A stretch of 61,674 nt of DNA, counting the filler, from a bacterium (GTDB taxonomy: Bacteria > UBP15 > UBA6099 > JAJRTR01), in the NCBI GenBank assembly GCA_024278215.1. It is 6 parts of 6 records of this genome, joined end to end, with 100 filler letters (N's around TTAATTAATTAA, not from the genome) between each part and the next. Parts side by side here need not be neighbours in the genome. Positions count along the whole stretch, not along the records: positions 1 to 11,878 come from JAJRTR010000137.1; positions 11,979 to 23,722 come from JAJRTR010000139.1; 4 more parts are not named here. One strand, 5' to 3'. Below the pieces are notes generated by a model, which saw only the letters and a program-made list of their open reading frames with translations, was not told the DNA's origin and searched no databases. Below are positions 8,887 to 19,741 of this stretch, in pieces. Every line of letters starts with the position of its first letter. The stretch's first letter is position 1. The translations under genes and the position numbers were made by a program.

Positions 8887-10327
8887 ACCAATAATTCGGG
8901 AAATACAGCTTCCGGCCTCGCTGGAAGCCTGTTACAGGAGAATCAGCGTAGCAACGCAGTATTCTTCTTACCTGAACAGCGGCACAGAACTGGATTCTGC
9001 CCGCTTTTCTTTTATATGTTGTGACCCATATCTTGTATTTCGGTCCAACGGCACACACCAGACTATAGAATACGAATCCGGAACGATATACAGACAGGGC
9101 GATCCGTTTCAAGTCCTCGATGAGATTCTTGAGGGGTTCGACGTTGTCACGGAATGGAGTGAGGCGCCCTTCCATGCCGGTGGTGTCGGCGCGTTCGGAT
9201 ATGATCTTGCACATAATATTGAAAAGCTTCCTAAAACCGCTTCAGACGATTTGAAACTTCCCGATCTTGTTTTTATTGTTTATAAAACTATCCTGATATA
9301 CGACAGGAGAAGAAAGAAAAGCTGGATAGCGGCGCTTGACTACGGCGCAGGCGCGGCAGAGAGGCGGGGGGCTGCTGAAAAGTGCATATCAAGGTTTGAA
9401 AAATGGATTGCGGCCCCTGTAATAGCCGACAGTCCGAAGAGCTCCGGCACGTCACCGCTCGAGTCGAATTTCAGCAGAGAACAGTATGTAGATTCAGTAA
9501 AAAAATGTCTCGAATATATACAAGCGGGCGATATCTACCAGGTAAATCTTTCGCAGCGATTTTCAGCGGGTCTGGACGTGGCGCCGGTGGACCTGTATCT
9601 GAAGCTGGCGCGGATAAACCCTGCTCCGTTCAGCGTTTATATGGATTGCGATTCGTTCCAGTTGATAAGTTCATCGCCGGAGCGGTTTATTAAAAAAACA
9701 GGTCGAAAAATCGAAACAAAACCGATCAAGGGAACCAGGCCGCGCGGGAAAACTGCGGTCGAAGACATGGCGCTGTCGGCGGAGCTTATGGAAAGCGAAA
9801 AAGACAATGCCGAACTCGCAATGATTGTGGACCTCGAGCGCAACGATTTTGGCCGGGTATGTGAATTCGGCACGGTACGTGTTGCCCGCGAGAGAGTGCT
9901 CGAAACTTATGCCACAGTGTTTCATCTGGTGTCCACGGTGGAGGGTGTGCTGAAGAAAGATTGCACAATCGGTGAACTTCTGCGGGCGACGTTCCCGGGC
10001 GGCTCGATCACGGGCTGTCCCAAGATTCGTTCGATGGAAATAATTGATGAACTGGAGCCGGTGACACGCGGTTTTTACACGGGTTCGATAGGATACATAA
10101 ATTTCGATGGAAATATGGATTTGAATATCGCTATCAGGACAATTACAGTCGTGGGAGATAAACTTTATTATAATGTCGGTGGCGGCATAGTTGCGGATTC
10201 CGATCCGCGGGCGGAATATGAGGAAACGCTGGACAAGGGTCGCGCACCAGCCGAGGCCGTGAAAACCGCAAGTCCGATGTACGATGAAAAACTTGTCGGA
10301 TTCAGGCGTGCCGGGGCAGTTGGATAA
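8855..10327 (+). CDS. pabB: Aminodeoxychorismate synthase component I
   Basis: GDIYQVNL, SSSPERF, KPIKGTRPR (PabB-type PIKGT), FPGGSITGCPK. Confidence 0.92.
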   Translation: MKRLFPEEQLEPIIREIQLPASLEACYRRISVATQYSSYLNSGTELDSARFSFICCDPYLVFRSNGTHQTIEYESGTIYRQGDPFQVLDEILEGFDVVTEWSEAPFHAGGVGAFGYDLAHNIEKLPKTASDDLKLPDLVFIVYKTILIYDRRRKKSWIAALDYGAGAAERRGAAEKCISRFEKWIAAPVIADSPKSSGTSPLESNFSREQYVDSVKKCLEYIQAGDIYQVNLSQRFSAGLDVAPVDLYLKLARINPAPFSVYMDCDSFQLISSSPERFIKKTGRKIETKPIKGTRPRGKTAVEDMALSAELMESEKDNAELAMIVDLERNDFGRVCEFGTVRVARERVLETYATVFHLVSTVEGVLKKDCTIGELLRATFPGGSITGCPKIRSMEIIDELEPVTRGFYTGSIGYINFDGNMDLNIAIRTITVVGDKLYYNVGGGIVADSDPRAEYEETLDKGRAPAEAVKTASPMYDEKLVGFRRAGAVG

Positions 10328-10355
10328 AACACAGACAGGATACTGAAATCTGATA

Positions 10356-10925
10356 ATGGTCGATAAAGAAAAAATAGCGAACGCGGTAAGAGATATACTC
10401 GAGGCGATAGGCGAGGACCCGAACCGGGGCGATCTTGTCGACACCCCGTATAGAGTTGCAAAGATGTATGAAGAAATATTCTCCGGCATCGGAAAAGATG
10501 CGGCGCAGGAAGTGCGGATGATGGTGCCGGAGGAATATGACCAGATAGTTCTTGTCAAGGACATCCCGTTTTACTCGATGTGCGAGCACCACATGTTACC
10601 GTTTATTGGGAAATGCCATGTGGCGTACTTGCCGGAAGACGGGCGGGTAACAGGACTGAGCAAACTTGTGAGGGTTACAAGGTTATTATCGCGCCGTCTC
10701 CAGGTGCAGGAAAGGCTCACGGGAGAGATAGCGGCGGTACTGATGGAAACCCTTAAGCCGAAGGGGGTGATGGTGGTAATCGAGGCGGAACATCTCTGCA
10801 TGTCTATGCGCGGTGTGAAAGAAGCGGGGACATGCACTGTGACATCTGCGGTGAGAGGAATATTCAGGACCAACAGCCTGACACGTGAAGAAACCCTGGC
10901 CCTTATCAGGGATAAGCGACACTGA
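10356..10925 (+). CDS. folE: GTP cyclohydrolase I
   Basis: [37 protein letters not shown]. Confidence 0.97.
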   Translation: MVDKEKIANAVRDILEAIGEDPNRGDLVDTPYRVAKMYEEIFSGIGKDAAQEVRMMVPEEYDQIVLVKDIPFYSMCEHHMLPFIGKCHVAYLPEDGRVTGLSKLVRVTRLLSRRLQVQERLTGEIAAVLMETLKPKGVMVVIEAEHLCMSMRGVKEAGTCTVTSAVRGIFRTNSLTREETLALIRDKRH

Positions 10926-10957
10926 AACCAAAAATTTTATTTATAAAAGGAGGATTA

Positions 10958-11878
10958 ATGAGAGCAGTAGAAAAACTGAATTTAGAAAAAACATTCAAGA
11001 AGGACTACGAGGTTGCCGAGATCGGCGAGAAAGATATGCGCGAAGTATACGAACTCGCCGACGAACTCGACATCACGAAGGAAGAACTTATTCCTTATGG
11101 TCATTACATGGGCAAAGTGGACTTCGCAAAGGTGCTGAAAAGAAAGAAGAACGTACCGAACGCGAAGTACATTGAAGTGACGGCAATCACGCCGACACCG
11201 CTGGGTGAGGGAAAGACGACGACGACGATGGGACTTATTCCCGGACTCGGCAAGCGCGGCAAGAAAGTTACAGGCGCGATCAGGCAGCCGTCGGGCGGCC
11301 CGACGTTCAACATCAAGGGAAGCGCCGCCGGCGGCGGACGTTCCCAGTGTATCCCGCTGACACCCTTCTCGCTGGGGCTCACAGGCGACATCGACGCCAT
11401 CGTAAACGCGCACAACCTGGCGATGGTCGCCCTCACGTCGCGCATGCAGCATGAATTCAACAAAGACGACAAGTTCCTCAAATCCAGGAACATCAAAAAA
11501 CGCCTTAACATTGATCCGCGCAATGTGGAAATGAAATGGATCATGGACTTTTGCGCGCAGTCGCTGCGTGAAATCATTCTTGGACTGGGCGAGTCGAGAC
11601 TCGACGGTTTCATGATGAAATCCGGTTTCGCAATCGCCGTAAGTTCGGAAATCATGGCAATTCTGGCGGTATCGACCAGCCTGAAAGACATGTGCGACCG
11701 CATGGGCCGCATCATCGTAGCTTATGACAAATCTGGCAATGCCGTGACCACAAAGGACCTGGAAGTCGACGGCGCTATGTCGGCATGGATGGTTCGCGCG
11801 CTGAACCCGAACCTGCTCCAGTCGCTCGAAGGCCAGCCGGTCTTCGTACATGCGGGACCGTTCGCCAACATCGCGGTC
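10958..11878 (+). CDS. fhs: Formate--tetrahydrofolate ligase, 3'-truncated by the contig end
   Basis: VTAITPTPLGEGKTTT, IRQPS.GP.F.IKG.AAGGG, VHAGPFANIA. Confidence 0.96.
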
Positions 11879-11978
11879 NNNNNNNNNNNNNNNNNNNNNN
11901 NNNNNNNNNNNNNNNNNNNNNNTTAATTAATTAANNNNNNNNNNNNNNNNNNNNNNNNNNNNNNNNNNNNNNNNNNNN
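11879..11978. other. Artificial contig linker
   Basis: N-run with TTAATTAATTAA (stops in all six frames). Confidence 0.98.
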
Positions 11979-12138
11979 ATCACTCCTCAGACAACGCATT
12001 GCTCACCCTGATCGAAACTCTCAACGAATCACAGACCCGTTATCCCAACACAAACCTTCGCCTCGTCTACGAACTGGTGTCAAACTCTTTTCCTCCAGGT
12101 CAGGAGTCCTGAGTTTCAAAAATACAATATCTATTTCC

Positions 12139-12178
12139 GAGGCAATTGCAAAATTCTGAGTCTGCTGCGGTCGGCTGC
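12139..12178 (-). mobile_element. Right-end remnant of a family A element abutting the transporter stop codon
   Basis: GAGGCAATTGCAAAATTCTGAGTCTGCTGCGGTCGGCTGC is the reverse complement of the A right end. Confidence 0.7.
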
Positions 12179-13804
12179 TTATCCTGTCACTGCGGGATTG
12201 AAGAAGATGAATGTCACGAGAAGAAACAGCGGAACAAGTATTGCGATGGACCAGCCTATGTAGCCGATGAAAGAAGGCATTTCAACATCGTTTTCTTCGC
12301 AGATTGCTTTGACCATGAAGTTAGGTGCGTTGCCGATATAAGTGTTTGCGCCCATGAAGACCGCTCCCATCGAGATGGCAAGCAGAATCTTCTGCGGCAC
12401 ACATCCGCCGACAACCGCAACACCCTGCGAAAGCAGCCCGGACTGCGCCAGATGGCACGCCCCGTCCGCCCCTATGGGTATCATGGTTTTGGCGAGTGAG
12501 AGGAATGACAGGTATGTGGGCGCGTTGTCCAGGAAGCTGGAGAGAGTGCCCACCATCCAGAAGAATTGCCATGGGTGCTCGATGGACAGTCCGCCGGTGG
12601 AGCCCGAGTATTCGAGATAGTTCAGCGCCGGTATCATGCAGGCGAAAATCGCGGCGAACAGTATCGCCACTTCCTTCACCGGGAACCATGTAAAACCGTT
12701 TTCGTCACGAAGCGCTTTGGATGTGAAAATCATAGAGAAAGCAGCCATAAGACACATCAGAACGACCTGGATAATGTCACGGCCAAAGAATGTATCCCAT
12801 TCTTTCGGCATGAAACTTCCATAAGCTATGACTGTCAGGAGCACACCGGCGAGAAATAAGAAGTTGATCCCGCCTGCGATCTGGAATTTTTCGTTTCCTT
12901 TCAACTTTTTCGGGCCGCCCTCACGCTTGAGCATCAGGGTGTCGATCAGGAAGAACAGTCCCAGCAGCACACCGATCATGAACGCCCAGCCTTTCAGCAT
13001 GTGCTGCAAAGGCCATAAGAACGGCACGCCTTGCAGAAAACCAAGGAATAGGGGCGGGTCGCCAAGCGGTGTGAGCGAGCCGCCGATGTTGCTTACCAAA
13101 AATATGAAAAAAACGAATATATGAAGTTTGATTTTTCTTTCTTTATTGAGACGGAGCATAGGCCTGATGAGAACCATCGACGCACCGGCTGTTCCTATTA
13201 AGCTTGCGATCAATGCACCGATGAGCAGAAAGGTGCTGTTCACGACAGGTGTACTCTTGAACGAACCCCGTATCATTATGCCGCCGGAGATGACAAACAG
13301 CGATCCGACAAGCACGATAAATGAACAGTATTCGACAAATGTATGGATGGTTTTCATCTGGAGCAGCCAGAACATAAGTACGACCATCGGCGCGCCCAGC
13401 AAGAGACTGACTTTCGGGAAGTTGTGGTGCCACCAGGTGCCGCTGATCAACGGAATAACGGCAATTGAAATCAGTAAGCAGATGAAAGGAATGAGCCACA
13501 GGATTGACATTTTCCTGGGTCCGTATCCGTCATGTTCGGCAGCTACTCCATATACGGACTCTTCATCGGCTGCCTCCGCGCTGTGTGCCCTGTTCGCTTC
13601 GGCTTCATGAATATCGACACCGCCCTGCCCCCCTGTGTGCGCCGGCGTTTCTCTGGTTGTCTCCAGCGCCTGCGCAATGATAACGCACGTGCTGGACCAT
13701 CCGGCATTGTCGCACACCTGGCCGGGTGTCACGAGCAGCATGGCACACATAATCAGAGGCAACACTATCGCTGTCTTATAAATAGTTTCTGGTAATTTCA
13801 TCAT
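12179..13804 (-). CDS. Ion-transporter superfamily protein (putative Na+/H+ antiporter or citrate-transporter-like)
   Basis: Many TM helices; SNIGGSLTPLGDPPLFLGF, SSFLDNAPTYL, GAVFMGANTYIGNAPNFMVK; N-terminal signal-like segment and acidic linker. Confidence 0.85.
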   Translation of the reverse strand: MMKLPETIYKTAIVLPLIMCAMLLVTPGQVCDNAGWSSTCVIIAQALETTRETPAHTGGQGGVDIHEAEANRAHSAEAADEESVYGVAAEHDGYGPRKMSILWLIPFICLLISIAVIPLISGTWWHHNFPKVSLLLGAPMVVLMFWLLQMKTIHTFVEYCSFIVLVGSLFVISGGIMIRGSFKSTPVVNSTFLLIGALIASLIGTAGASMVLIRPMLRLNKERKIKLHIFVFFIFLVSNIGGSLTPLGDPPLFLGFLQGVPFLWPLQHMLKGWAFMIGVLLGLFFLIDTLMLKREGGPKKLKGNEKFQIAGGINFLFLAGVLLTVIAYGSFMPKEWDTFFGRDIIQVVLMCLMAAFSMIFTSKALRDENGFTWFPVKEVAILFAAIFACMIPALNYLEYSGSTGGLSIEHPWQFFWMVGTLSSFLDNAPTYLSFLSLAKTMIPIGADGACHLAQSGLLSQGVAVVGGCVPQKILLAISMGAVFMGANTYIGNAPNFMVKAICEENDVEMPSFIGYIGWSIAILVPLFLLVTFIFFNPAVTG

Positions 13805-13901
13805 AACCTCCAGCGATGTAACGTCGATGAAGCAGGCGGATTCGCGGCACTCGCGCTCGACAACATCAAACGATCTATATCCAGAATAATGAGAAACTCA
13901 T

Positions 13902-13929
13902 TAATCCGCATATTTCACCAATGCGGGCA
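13902..13929. repeat. Solo terminal palindrome of family B
   Basis: TAATCCGCATATTTCACCAATGCGGG. Confidence 0.75.
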
Positions 13930-13970
13930 ATCCATGTCGATCCCGGCGTGCTGCGTAATGATATTACTTC

Positions 13971-14151
13971 TATCCCGCATATTTCACCAATGGGGGACAA
14001 AAATCAGGAGAATACCTGTAATACAGGGCGCGGCAAGTGAGTGGTGAGGGAGCATACTGCAGGTATGTGACCGATCCCGAATCGCCGACGCAACGCAGTA
14101 GAACAGGCGCTATCGTGATTTTCCGGATTTCTTTGTGAGAAATCCGGGCTA
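13971..14151 (-). mobile_element. Family B element, short variant (~180 bp)
   Basis: TATCCCGCATATTTCACC ... CCGGATTTCTTTGTGAGAAATCCGGGCTA; core GTGACCGATCCCGAATCGCCG shared with other copies. Confidence 0.85.
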
Positions 14152-14193
14152 TGGGCGCATCCCGGTATTATCACCGCGAGGGGGTATTAACAA

Positions 14194-14228
14194 AGTACAG
14201 CCCCGCTTGTGCGGGGCTGTACTGTTTT
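14194..14228. terminator. Strong hairpin terminator downstream of the flagellin array
   Basis: Perfect 13-bp stem AGTACAGCCCCGC-TTGT-GCGGGGCTGTACT. Confidence 0.7.
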
Positions 14229-14426
14229 CAGCCTAACGGCTGCTTCTGGACTGCGACAAAAACAAATCGTCATAGTCACGACATTGCAAAAATGTTACAC
14301 GCCGACATCCTTAAACAGGTTTGTCTTCATCCCCGGCATTGCAGCCGTTGCATCCTCCTTACATGCACTTGAATAAGCGCAATAAGAACCACCAAATAAT
14401 ACCATTTGCAACAGAAGCCTAATGTT

Positions 14427-15299
14427 CTACTGGAACAGTTGCAATATGGACTGTGGTTGTGCGTTGGCCTGGGCCAGAATCGCCGTGCCGCTCTGCTGGA
14501 GTATCTGGAGTCTTGTGAACTCGCTGATCTCCTTTGCCATGTCCGCGTCCATAATGCGGCTCTTGGCGGCAGTTATGTTGATCTCTGTGGTGTTAAGATC
14601 ATCGATAACACTGTAGATGCGTCGTTCCTGAATACCAAGGTTTGCGCGAAGATCTGAAATCTGGTTGATGGCGCTTTGCACCTGGTCGATGGCGAACTGC
14701 GCGCTGGTTACAGCATTCAGGTTGGCGCGGTTGGAGCTGATCGCCTGGGCGGCGGTTCCCGCGCTGAGCAGCAGTGAGCTGACACCCAGGTTCGGTATGT
14801 TGATGGTCAGGCGAAGCAGAGCGCCGTTGTCCGCGCCGATCTGCAACACCAGCCCATTTGCGCCGCCGCCGGAGTACAATCCACTGAACATAACCTTCGT
14901 GTTGAATGTCACTGCGTGGGATTTACGTTCGATCTCCGCCTTGAGGCTTGCCATCTCGTTGTCGAGCCTTCCAAGGTCTGCGCTTGTAAGTGTCGCCTCA
15001 TTGCTTGCGCGGACCGCAAGGTCGCGCATTCGCAGGAGCATATCCTGTGTTTCCGCAAGTGAGCCGTCTACTGTGTGAATCAGGTTTACACCGTCTTCAG
15101 CATTCTGAATTGCGACTCTCGTGCCGCCTATCTGGGCAGCCATGCTCTCTGCTATCGCCAATCCACTCGGATTGTCGGCGGCTTTGTTGATCTGTAGTCC
15201 GGAGGACAATCTCTCCAGTGAGGTGCGCAGCCCCAGGTTCGTCAGTCTCAGGTTGTTGAGGCCTATCATTGCGCTGATATTCGTGTTGATAATAGTCAA
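14427..15299 (-). CDS. fliC: Flagellin 1 (290 aa, TTG start)
   Basis: INTNISAM...ERLSSGLQIN.AADNPSGLAIA and SRIMDADMAKE...QANAQPQS termini; GGAGGG SD before TTG at 15299. Confidence 0.96.
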   Translation of the reverse strand: MTIINTNISAMIGLNNLRLTNLGLRTSLERLSSGLQINKAADNPSGLAIAESMAAQIGGTRVAIQNAEDGVNLIHTVDGSLAETQDMLLRMRDLAVRASNEATLTSADLGRLDNEMASLKAEIERKSHAVTFNTKVMFSGLYSGGGANGLVLQIGADNGALLRLTINIPNLGVSSLLLSAGTAAQAISSNRANLNAVTSAQFAIDQVQSAINQISDLRANLGIQERRIYSVIDDLNTTEINITAAKSRIMDADMAKEISEFTRLQILQQSGTAILAQANAQPQSILQLFQ

Positions 15300-15335
15300 A
15301 ATAATGTCCCTCCATCCATGTATGGTATTAGCCAT

Positions 15336-15355
15336 GCCGTATATCCATATACGGC
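15336..15355 (-). promoter_or_regulatory. GGA-loop hairpin (putative CsrA site), flagellin 1 leader
   Basis: mRNA GCCGUAUA-UGGA-UAUACGGC. Confidence 0.65.
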
Positions 15356-15943
15356 TCACCTGGGGACATTCCAGGCATTTCCTCCTATTTTCTGGGCGGA
15401 TGTGTGCCAACACATCACCCAGCGCCGATCCGAAACCGGGCACCCGGATCACCGCATTATTACTATTTATTCTTAATCACCACTCTAATATTCGGCACAG
15501 CAGGATACTTCAGCCATTCCCACTTTTCACGTGCCGCTGTTCGTGTGGCAATCGTCTGTTGTGCATATCCTCACCCATATACGATCGGGAATGAGGTGCT
15601 GAAAACTAACCGGTCCCATTACATCAAAATGTGTGTCCGCCGGGAGGATGCTTTCCTCTCCAGTGGTCGCGGCAGTGCTGCGAATCAACAGACAACACAT
15701 CGCATGTCAACAGTACGTCCGGCCCTGCAAGCCCGCCGCCCGAAAACGCGGGATGCAAAAACGTGGCTGTATTACCTCGAAACTGCATAATTCCGACAAC
15801 AGCATGGCTCTGAAATTCCTCCATAAAAACCTCAAAGAACACTGTTGCCGCAGTTCCGACGCATCCACCGGGCCTGGCATCTTTTTAAGCGCGCACTCTT
15901 TAAATGCCGTCCCGTATAAACCGGACACCGGCTTGAAATACTG

Positions 15944-16825
15944 TTACTGCAACAATTGCAGTACGGACTGTGGTTGCGCGTTGGCCTGTGCGAGAATCGA
16001 CGTACCGCTCTGCTGGAGTATCTGGAGCCTTGTGAACTCGCTGATCTCCTTTGCCATGTCCGCATCCATAATGCGGCTCTTGGCGGCGGAAATGTTGATA
16101 TCCGTTGTGTTCAGGTCGTCGATTATGTGGTAAATACGTCGTTCCTGAATGCCAAGGTTCGCGCGAAGATCGGAAATCTGGTTGATGGCGCTTTGCACCT
16201 GGTCGATGGCGAACTGCGCGCTGGTTACAACATTCAGGTTGGCGCGGTTGGAGCTGATCGCCTGGGCGGCGGTTCCCGCACTGAGCAGCAGTGAGCTGAC
16301 TCCGAGGTTCGGTATGTTGATGGTCAGGCGAAGAAGGGCGCCGTTGTCCGCGCCTATCTGCAACACCTGTCCATTTGCCGCCGTTCCCTGATTGCCCGAG
16401 AACAATCCGCTGAACACAACCTTCGTGTTGAATGTCACTGCGTGGGATTTGCGTTCGATCTCCGCCTTGAGGCTTGTCATCTCGTTGTCGAGCCTTTGAA
16501 GGTCTGCGCTTGTGAGTGTCGCCTCATTGCTGGCACGGACCGCAAGGTCGCGCATTCGCAGGAGCATATCCTGTGTTTCCGCAAGTGAGCCATCTACTGT
16601 GTGAATCAGGTTTACACCGTCTTCAGCATTCTGGATCGCGACTCTCGTACCACCTATCTGGGCCTGCATTCCTTCCGCTATCGCAAGTCCGCTCGGGTTG
16701 TCCGCAGACTTGTTGATCTGCAGTCCCGAGGACAGTCTTTCAAGGGACGTTCTCAGTCCCAGGTTCGTCAGCCTCAAGTTGTTGAGGCCGATCATTGCAC
16801 TGATGTTCGTGTTGATAACAGTCAA
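15944..16825 (-). CDS. fliC: Flagellin 2 (293 aa, TTG start)
   Basis: Conserved flagellin N and C termini; GGAGG SD before TTG at 16825. Confidence 0.96.
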   Translation of the reverse strand: MTVINTNISAMIGLNNLRLTNLGLRTSLERLSSGLQINKSADNPSGLAIAEGMQAQIGGTRVAIQNAEDGVNLIHTVDGSLAETQDMLLRMRDLAVRASNEATLTSADLQRLDNEMTSLKAEIERKSHAVTFNTKVVFSGLFSGNQGTAANGQVLQIGADNGALLRLTINIPNLGVSSLLLSAGTAAQAISSNRANLNVVTSAQFAIDQVQSAINQISDLRANLGIQERRIYHIIDDLNTTDINISAAKSRIMDADMAKEISEFTRLQILQQSGTSILAQANAQPQSVLQLLQ

Positions 16826-16853
16826 ATCAAAATCCTCCATCCTGGTTTTAGCC

Positions 16854-16875
16854 GACAGGATGTCCATATCCTGCC
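16854..16875 (-). promoter_or_regulatory. GGA-loop hairpin (putative CsrA site), flagellin 2 leader
   Basis: mRNA GGCAGGAU-AUGGAC-AUCCUGUC. Confidence 0.6.
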
Positions 16876-17563
16876 CGTTCGGTGCTTCCGAACTGTGCCT
16901 CCTATTTCCGGGTAGATGTGGGCCAACACCCTACCCTGCCGCACCCTCGCAACTACTTTAACTTCTTGCGCTAATCTTTCGGTGTGGCTTGAATAGTAAT
17001 TTTCGACCGCGCCCTATCGCAAAACACGGCGCAGACGCTACGGACATAACTGTCCCAATATGAAACCCGGCCTGTGCTGAAACAACAGGTGTTCACTGAA
17101 GCCACCCCGACATCGTCGAAGCGTTTTCGGTGCGCGTTTTCAAAAACGCTCACGTGCAGGCATAGCTCAAGTTCACCGTCGTTCAGGCTTCATTTCATAA
17201 GCGACCGGTATCATTCACAGGCTTCAGCCCACAAATATACCGTTATGCCCGGCGACCCATACGGGTGTTCTTGCAAGTTCCAGTAGGATCAGGATCCTGA
17301 AAAAACACTGTGTTCCTTAAACTACACACACCCGCAGGCCGCGCTATATTATCCGGCATGACATCCAGCCGGAAATATTCAATGCCTTCAACCGTCCACA
17401 TGGCGGTTTCCACACACCTGCCGGTATCACCGGCATTCCGTGTGCGTGGGAGTTTCGGAATACGATTTCCGAATTTCAGATGCCCCCGGAAATCTACAAA
17501 TAACCGGCTCCGTGAACGGCTGATATCGCTATATTGTTGATACCCTTCTTAAAAAGGGCGGAT

Positions 17564-18445
17564 TTACTGCATAAGCTGCAACACACTCTGCGGCTGCGCG
17601 TTTGCCTGGGCCAGGATCGCCGTGCCGCTCTGCTGGAGTATCTGGAGCCTCGTGAATTCGCTGATCTCCTTTGCCATGTCCGCGTCCATAATGCGACTCT
17701 TGGCGGCGGAAATATTGATGTCTGTTGTGTTCAGGTCATCTATGATGTGATAAATGCGTCGTTCCTGGATTCCAAGATTGGCTCTCAGGTCCGATATCTG
17801 GTTGATGGCGCTCTGCACCTGGTCGATGGCGAACTGCGCGCTGGTTACAGCATTCAGGTTGGCGCGGTTGGAGCTGATCGCCTGGGCGGCGGTTCCCGCG
17901 CTGAGCAGCAGTGAGCTGACACCCAGATTCGGTATGTTGATGGTCAGGCGAAGAAGGGCACCGTTGTCTGCGCCTATCTGCAACACCTGTCCATTTGCCG
18001 CCGTTCCCTGATTGCCGGAGTATAATCCGCTGAACAGTACCTTCGTGTTGAATGTTACCGCGTGGGATTTGCGTTCGATCTCCGCCTTGAGGCTTGCCAT
18101 CTCGTTGTCGAGCCTTTGAAGGTCCGCGCTTGTGAGGGTCGCCTCATTGCTGGCACGTACCGCGAGGTCCCGCATCCGCATAAGGATGTCCTGCGTTTCG
18201 GCCAGTGAGCCGTCGGCCGTATGAATCAGGTTTACTCCATCTTCCGCATTCTGAACCGCAGTTCTTATCCCACCCAACTGGGCCTGCATTCCTTCTGCTA
18301 TCGCAAGTCCACTGGGGTCATCCGCCGCTTTGTTGATACGCAGCCCGGACGAGAGCCTCTCGAGCGATGTTTTCAGCCCGACATTCGTCAGTCTCAGGTT
18401 GTTAAGACCTATCATTGCGCTAATGTTTGTGTTAATAATTGTCAT
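17564..18445 (-). CDS. fliC: Flagellin 3 (293 aa)
   Basis: Conserved flagellin termini; ATG after AAGGATGGAG. Confidence 0.97.
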   Translation of the reverse strand: MTIINTNISAMIGLNNLRLTNVGLKTSLERLSSGLRINKAADDPSGLAIAEGMQAQLGGIRTAVQNAEDGVNLIHTADGSLAETQDILMRMRDLAVRASNEATLTSADLQRLDNEMASLKAEIERKSHAVTFNTKVLFSGLYSGNQGTAANGQVLQIGADNGALLRLTINIPNLGVSSLLLSAGTAAQAISSNRANLNAVTSAQFAIDQVQSAINQISDLRANLGIQERRIYHIIDDLNTTDINISAAKSRIMDADMAKEISEFTRLQILQQSGTAILAQANAQPQSVLQLMQ

Positions 18446-18477
18446 TTTTCAATTTCTCCATCCTTAGTTTTTGCCGT

Positions 18478-18497
18478 ACCGAATATCCGTATCCGGT
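18478..18497 (-). promoter_or_regulatory. GGA-loop hairpin (putative CsrA site), flagellin 3 leader
   Basis: mRNA ACCGGAUA-CGGA-UAUUCGGU. Confidence 0.6.
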
Positions 18498-19082
18498 GTA
18501 TACACTTGCCTCCTGACGTTAACAGGTATTCCAAAACACCTCCCCTAAGCGATGATAACTATGCACGCTTTTGCAATTCAGCAATCTCAAGTTGCTATTT
18601 CACCTGCATAGCGCATATATACTTTTAACTCAGGCACTTCGGTGTATACCGATAACACCTGAACTAAACCCTTCTACATATACTTCATATAGGCTTCTGT
18701 CTATTCCCGAAACATGCGATTATGCAAATAATCTACGATATAACCGCTCATATTTGAGAACAATGAAATAAAGGCTGTAAAACCCTATGTGCGTTTAATC
18801 AATATACCCTTAAACATCACTTCCTGTTCTTTATCTTTATTCAAAATTTATCTTTATTCCCGACACCAATACCCTGTCGTATTTCATGTAGGGTTATATA
18901 TAGTGAAAAACAACTTCACTCCACCTATAAAATCACCACGCGACATGTACGTAATGACGTGCCATTCACGCGAAGGCGGAAATCCAGTATCTTTTACCAC
19001 CAGAATAAAGGGTGGTGTTTTCAAATATCAGGCCCCGGCACAAAAGCCGGGACACTCTTTTCGATCGACATATATCGCTTCC

Positions 19083-19288
19083 AATCCGGATCTCTCACAA
19101 AGAAATCCGGAAAATCACAATAACGCCTATTCTACTGCGTCGCGGCGGCGATTCGGGATCGGTCACAAACCTGCATTTTGCGCAAGAGGCCGGCTGGCCG
19201 GCTGCTCCCTCACCACTCGCTTGCCGCGCCTTGTATAACCCCAGGCATTCTCCCGGTTTTAGCCCGCATTAGCGAAATATGCGGGCTA
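19083..19288 (+). mobile_element. Family B element, long variant (~205 bp)
   Basis: ATCCGGATCTCTCACAAAGAAATCCGG ... CCCGCATTAGCGAAATATGCGGGCTA; near-collinear with 42074-42279. Confidence 0.85.
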
Positions 19289-19587
19289 ACCGTCCACTGT
19301 AAAACAACAGTGAATAATGGATAGGAAGAGAAATTTTCGATTGTCCTGACCCCCAGATAACGGTTCCTGTTGCTTCATATTCTTTTTGTCCCTGTACAGC
19401 AACTTGCCCAAACACATAACGGGAGAAGCACGAACAAGTGTCGCAACTCCTCCCGTATCAGGTCTTTCTGTAATCCCTCATGGCCGCCGATGCCAGGGAT
19501 GTTTTTTATATGCCTATGGGCTCATTATTTCCACCATAACTTATCTATATTGAGTTTATTATCTCTTACAGTCTGTTTTTAAGGCGC

Positions 19588-19620
19588 AAAATCCACCCGG
19601 CCTGCTAAGGCCGGATGGGT
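19588..19620 (-). terminator. Terminator downstream of flagellin 4
   Basis: Minus strand ACCCATCCGGCC-TTAGCA-GGCCGGGTGGAT followed by TTT. Confidence 0.5.
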
Positions 19621-19741
19621 TGGAATTCTGATTAGTAGTAGGTTTACCATTTATGCGCTCTATTCTCAGTGTTTCGCCGCGGTGACAGGTATGAAAAACC
19701 GTAAGCGGCGGAATTTGTGACGATTATTATCCGTTAAGGAA

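Noticed and set aside
15300-15452. N-terminal extensions on flagellins 1, 2 and 4 in the ORF track
   Set aside because: SD sequences and alignment to copy 3 place the starts at 15299, 16825 and 20623; the extensions are leader RNA
18789-19272. Recurring peptide PDFSQRNPENRENAYSTALRRRFGIGH in several ORFs (also 22228, 25436, 42039)
   Set aside because: Translation of the family B DNA repeat, with no consistent start or SD; not evidence of a protein family
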